Assembly: GCA_947379335.1 (NCBI GenBank)
Contig: CANCMM010000001.1
Span: 1-37,156, forward strand
Length of the DNA stretch: 37,156 nucleotides
DNA from: Alphaproteobacteria bacterium
GTDB lineage: Bacteria > Pseudomonadota > Alphaproteobacteria > Micropepsales > Micropepsaceae
Direction: 5' to 3'
Below, one piece after another: positions 35,628 to 37,156 of this stretch (positions are counted from its first letter, which is position 1; each line of letters opens with the position of its first letter). The position numbers and the translations under genes are program-made. The notes beneath the pieces were generated by a model. That model ran no database searches. It was not told the DNA's origin and saw nothing but the letters and a program-made list of their open reading frames with translations.

Positions 35628-36071
35628 ATGAAAAGCAAGATGACCATCCGCTTGGCTGCCGCCGCCCTGGCGCTGACCGCGACCGCCGCACTTAACACCG
35701 CAGCTTGGGCCGACACCGCCGGCCCCGCGCCCAAGCCCGATGCGCACGGCCCCAACATTTCCGGCTTCTTCTCGCCCTTCCCCTTCCAGGGCGGCGAGGC
35801 GATCTACAAGGGCGTATGCCAGGGCTGCCATATGGCCGACGCCAAGGGCGCGGTGGGCGCGGGCATGTATCCCGCACTGGCCAAGAACGAGCATCTGGAA
35901 ACCGCGGCCTATCCGGTCGGCATCGTGCTGAAGGGCCAGAAGGCGATGCCGTTCTTCGCCCTGCAGCTCAATGACCAGCAGATCGCCGATGTGGTGAACT
36001 ATGTGCGCACCCACTTCGGCAACAAGTACAAGGACAAGGTGAAGCCAGAAGACGTCAAGGCGCTGCGCTAG
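35628..36071 (+). CDS. Class I mono-haem cytochrome c
   Basis: Signal peptide; CQGCH, YPALA, distal AMP.F, L.DQQIADVVNYVRTHFGN. Starts 2 nt after the flavoprotein stop. Confidence 0.92.
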   Translation: MKSKMTIRLAAAALALTATAALNTAAWADTAGPAPKPDAHGPNISGFFSPFPFQGGEAIYKGVCQGCHMADAKGAVGAGMYPALAKNEHLETAAYPVGIVLKGQKAMPFFALQLNDQQIADVVNYVRTHFGNKYKDKVKPEDVKALR

Positions 36072-36167
36072 GCATTCCATCCGTAAAGAAATGCGCGGCC
36101 GACATAAGCGGGCCGCACGTCGCCAATTTGGCCGCCGAATGGCGCGGCTGTACCAGGGAGAAAGAAT

Positions 36168-37156
36168 TTGACCGACCAACCCACTGCGCCCAGCCGGCGC
36201 TCCTTGCTCCACATGATCGGCGTCGTGGCAGGCAGTGCCGCCATGTATCACGCCATGACCGAGATGGGTTATGCGGACGAATCCACCTTCAAGGGCCCGG
36301 TCAAGCTGTCACCGCCGCCGGCCGGCACTTCGGTGCTGATCCTGGGCGCTGGCGTGGCGGGCATGGTCGCGGCCATGGAGCTGCGCGATGCCGGCTATAA
36401 AGTGCAGGTGCTGGAATATAATGGCCGCCCCGGTGGCCGGAACTGGACGCTGTATGGCGGCGATACCTATACCGAACTGGGCGGCTTCACCCAAAAAGTG
36501 GGCTTCGATCCGGGCCAGTACATCAATCCAGGCCCGTGGCGCCTGCCCTATCACCACCAGGGCATCCTGCATTATGTGAACCGGCTGGGCGTGGCGCTGG
36601 AGCCCTTCACCCAGGTCAATTTCAACGCCTATGTCCATTCCACCAATGCCTATGACGGCAAGCCGCAGCGCTATCGTCAGGTCCAGGCCGACTTCCACGG
36701 CCACGTCGCCGAACTGCTGGCCAAGACCACCAAGCAGGGCGCCCTGGACCAGTCCGTGAGCAAGCAGGACCGCGAGATGCTGATGGTGGCGCTGCAGAAC
36801 TGGGGGGCACTGAACGGCAATTACGAATATGGCAAGAGCGTCGAGTCTTCGCTGCGCCGTGGCTTCGACGTGGACCCCGGCGGCGGGCTGAACTCGGTAC
36901 CGGTGCCGTCCGAACCGCGGGCGCTGAGCGAGGTGGTGCAGTCCGGCCTGTGGGCCGCCATCGGCGCCAGCTGCAATTACGAGATGCAGAGCGCCATCTT
37001 CCAGCCCAAGGGCGGCATGGGGATGATCGGCAAGGCCTTCGGCAAGGAGCTGGGACCGCTGATCCAGTACAATGCCAAGGTCATCGACATCAAACAGGAT
37101 GAGAAGGGCGTCACCGCCACCTATATCGACAGCCGCACCGGCGGGGAAAAGCGCAC
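36168..37156 (+). CDS. Tat-exported L-amino-acid oxidase-like flavoprotein (copy 2; 3' end outside window)
   Basis: Not in the ORF track. TTG at 36168 after GGGAGAAAG gives MTDQPTAPSRRSLLHMIGVVAGSAAMYHAM..VLILGAGVAG..LEYNGRPGGRNW..NPGPWRLPYHHQG..FQPKGGMG, collinear with copy 1. Confidence 0.92.
   Translation, partial: MTDQPTAPSRRSLLHMIGVVAGSAAMYHAMTEMGYADESTFKGPVKLSPPPAGTSVLILGAGVAGMVAAMELRDAGYKVQVLEYNGRPGGRNWTLYGGDTYTELGGFTQKVGFDPGQYINPGPWRLPYHHQGILHYVNRLGVALEPFTQVNFNAYVHSTNAYDGKPQRYRQVQADFHGHVAELLAKTTKQGALDQSVSKQDREMLMVALQNWGALNGNYEYGKSVESSLRRGFDVDPGGGLNSVPVPSEPRALSEVVQSGLWAAIGASCNYEMQSAIFQPKGGMGMIGKAFGKELGPLIQYNAKVIDIKQDEKGVTATYIDSRTGGEKR

Noticed and set aside
1-37156. CRISPR arrays, tRNA/rRNA, IS elements, prophage or defence systems
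   Set aside because: No regularly spaced repeats, transposase, integrase, nuclease or structural RNA signatures seen; the only long repeat is the flavoprotein gene duplication.

Overview
High-GC, gene-dense chromosomal window. Gene content and promoter/operator style suggest an alphaproteobacterium (Caulobacterales/Micropepsales-like; inference only). No rRNA, tRNA, CRISPR, phage or IS element was seen. Left to right: (1) an iron-uptake unit with a Fur-like palindrome, a 53-aa hemP gene missed by the ORF track, a direct-repeat leader element and a Fiu-type TonB-dependent receptor running off the left edge; (2) two cytochrome-c-fused PQQ-type dehydrogenases separated by a 34-aa Tat-leader-only ORF; (3) a translationally coupled Na+/solute symporter, ceramidase-like amidohydrolase and HemL-like aminotransferase operon; (4) ppc, a second PQQ sugar dehydrogenase and purU; (5) a carbohydrate block with a TIM-barrel isomerase/lyase, Gfo/Idh/MocA oxidoreductase, secreted GH39, di-haem cytochrome c and an atypical PdxA-family enzyme; (6) an ECF sigma/FecR/TonB-transducer cascade followed by four enzymes that all carry export signals (VOC, ThuA-like, lactonase-like propeller, Tat-signal UxuA-like dehydratase); (7) a TPR protein, an M28 peptidase and tandem Tat-exported L-amino-acid-oxidase-like flavoproteins flanking a cytochrome c. 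The most promising candidates for undescribed biology are the apparently periplasmic sugar-acid pathway behind the signalling TonB receptor, the symporter/amidohydrolase/aminotransferase operon and the cytochrome-coupled periplasmic dehydrogenases. All family calls come from motif recognition by eye; no searches were run.
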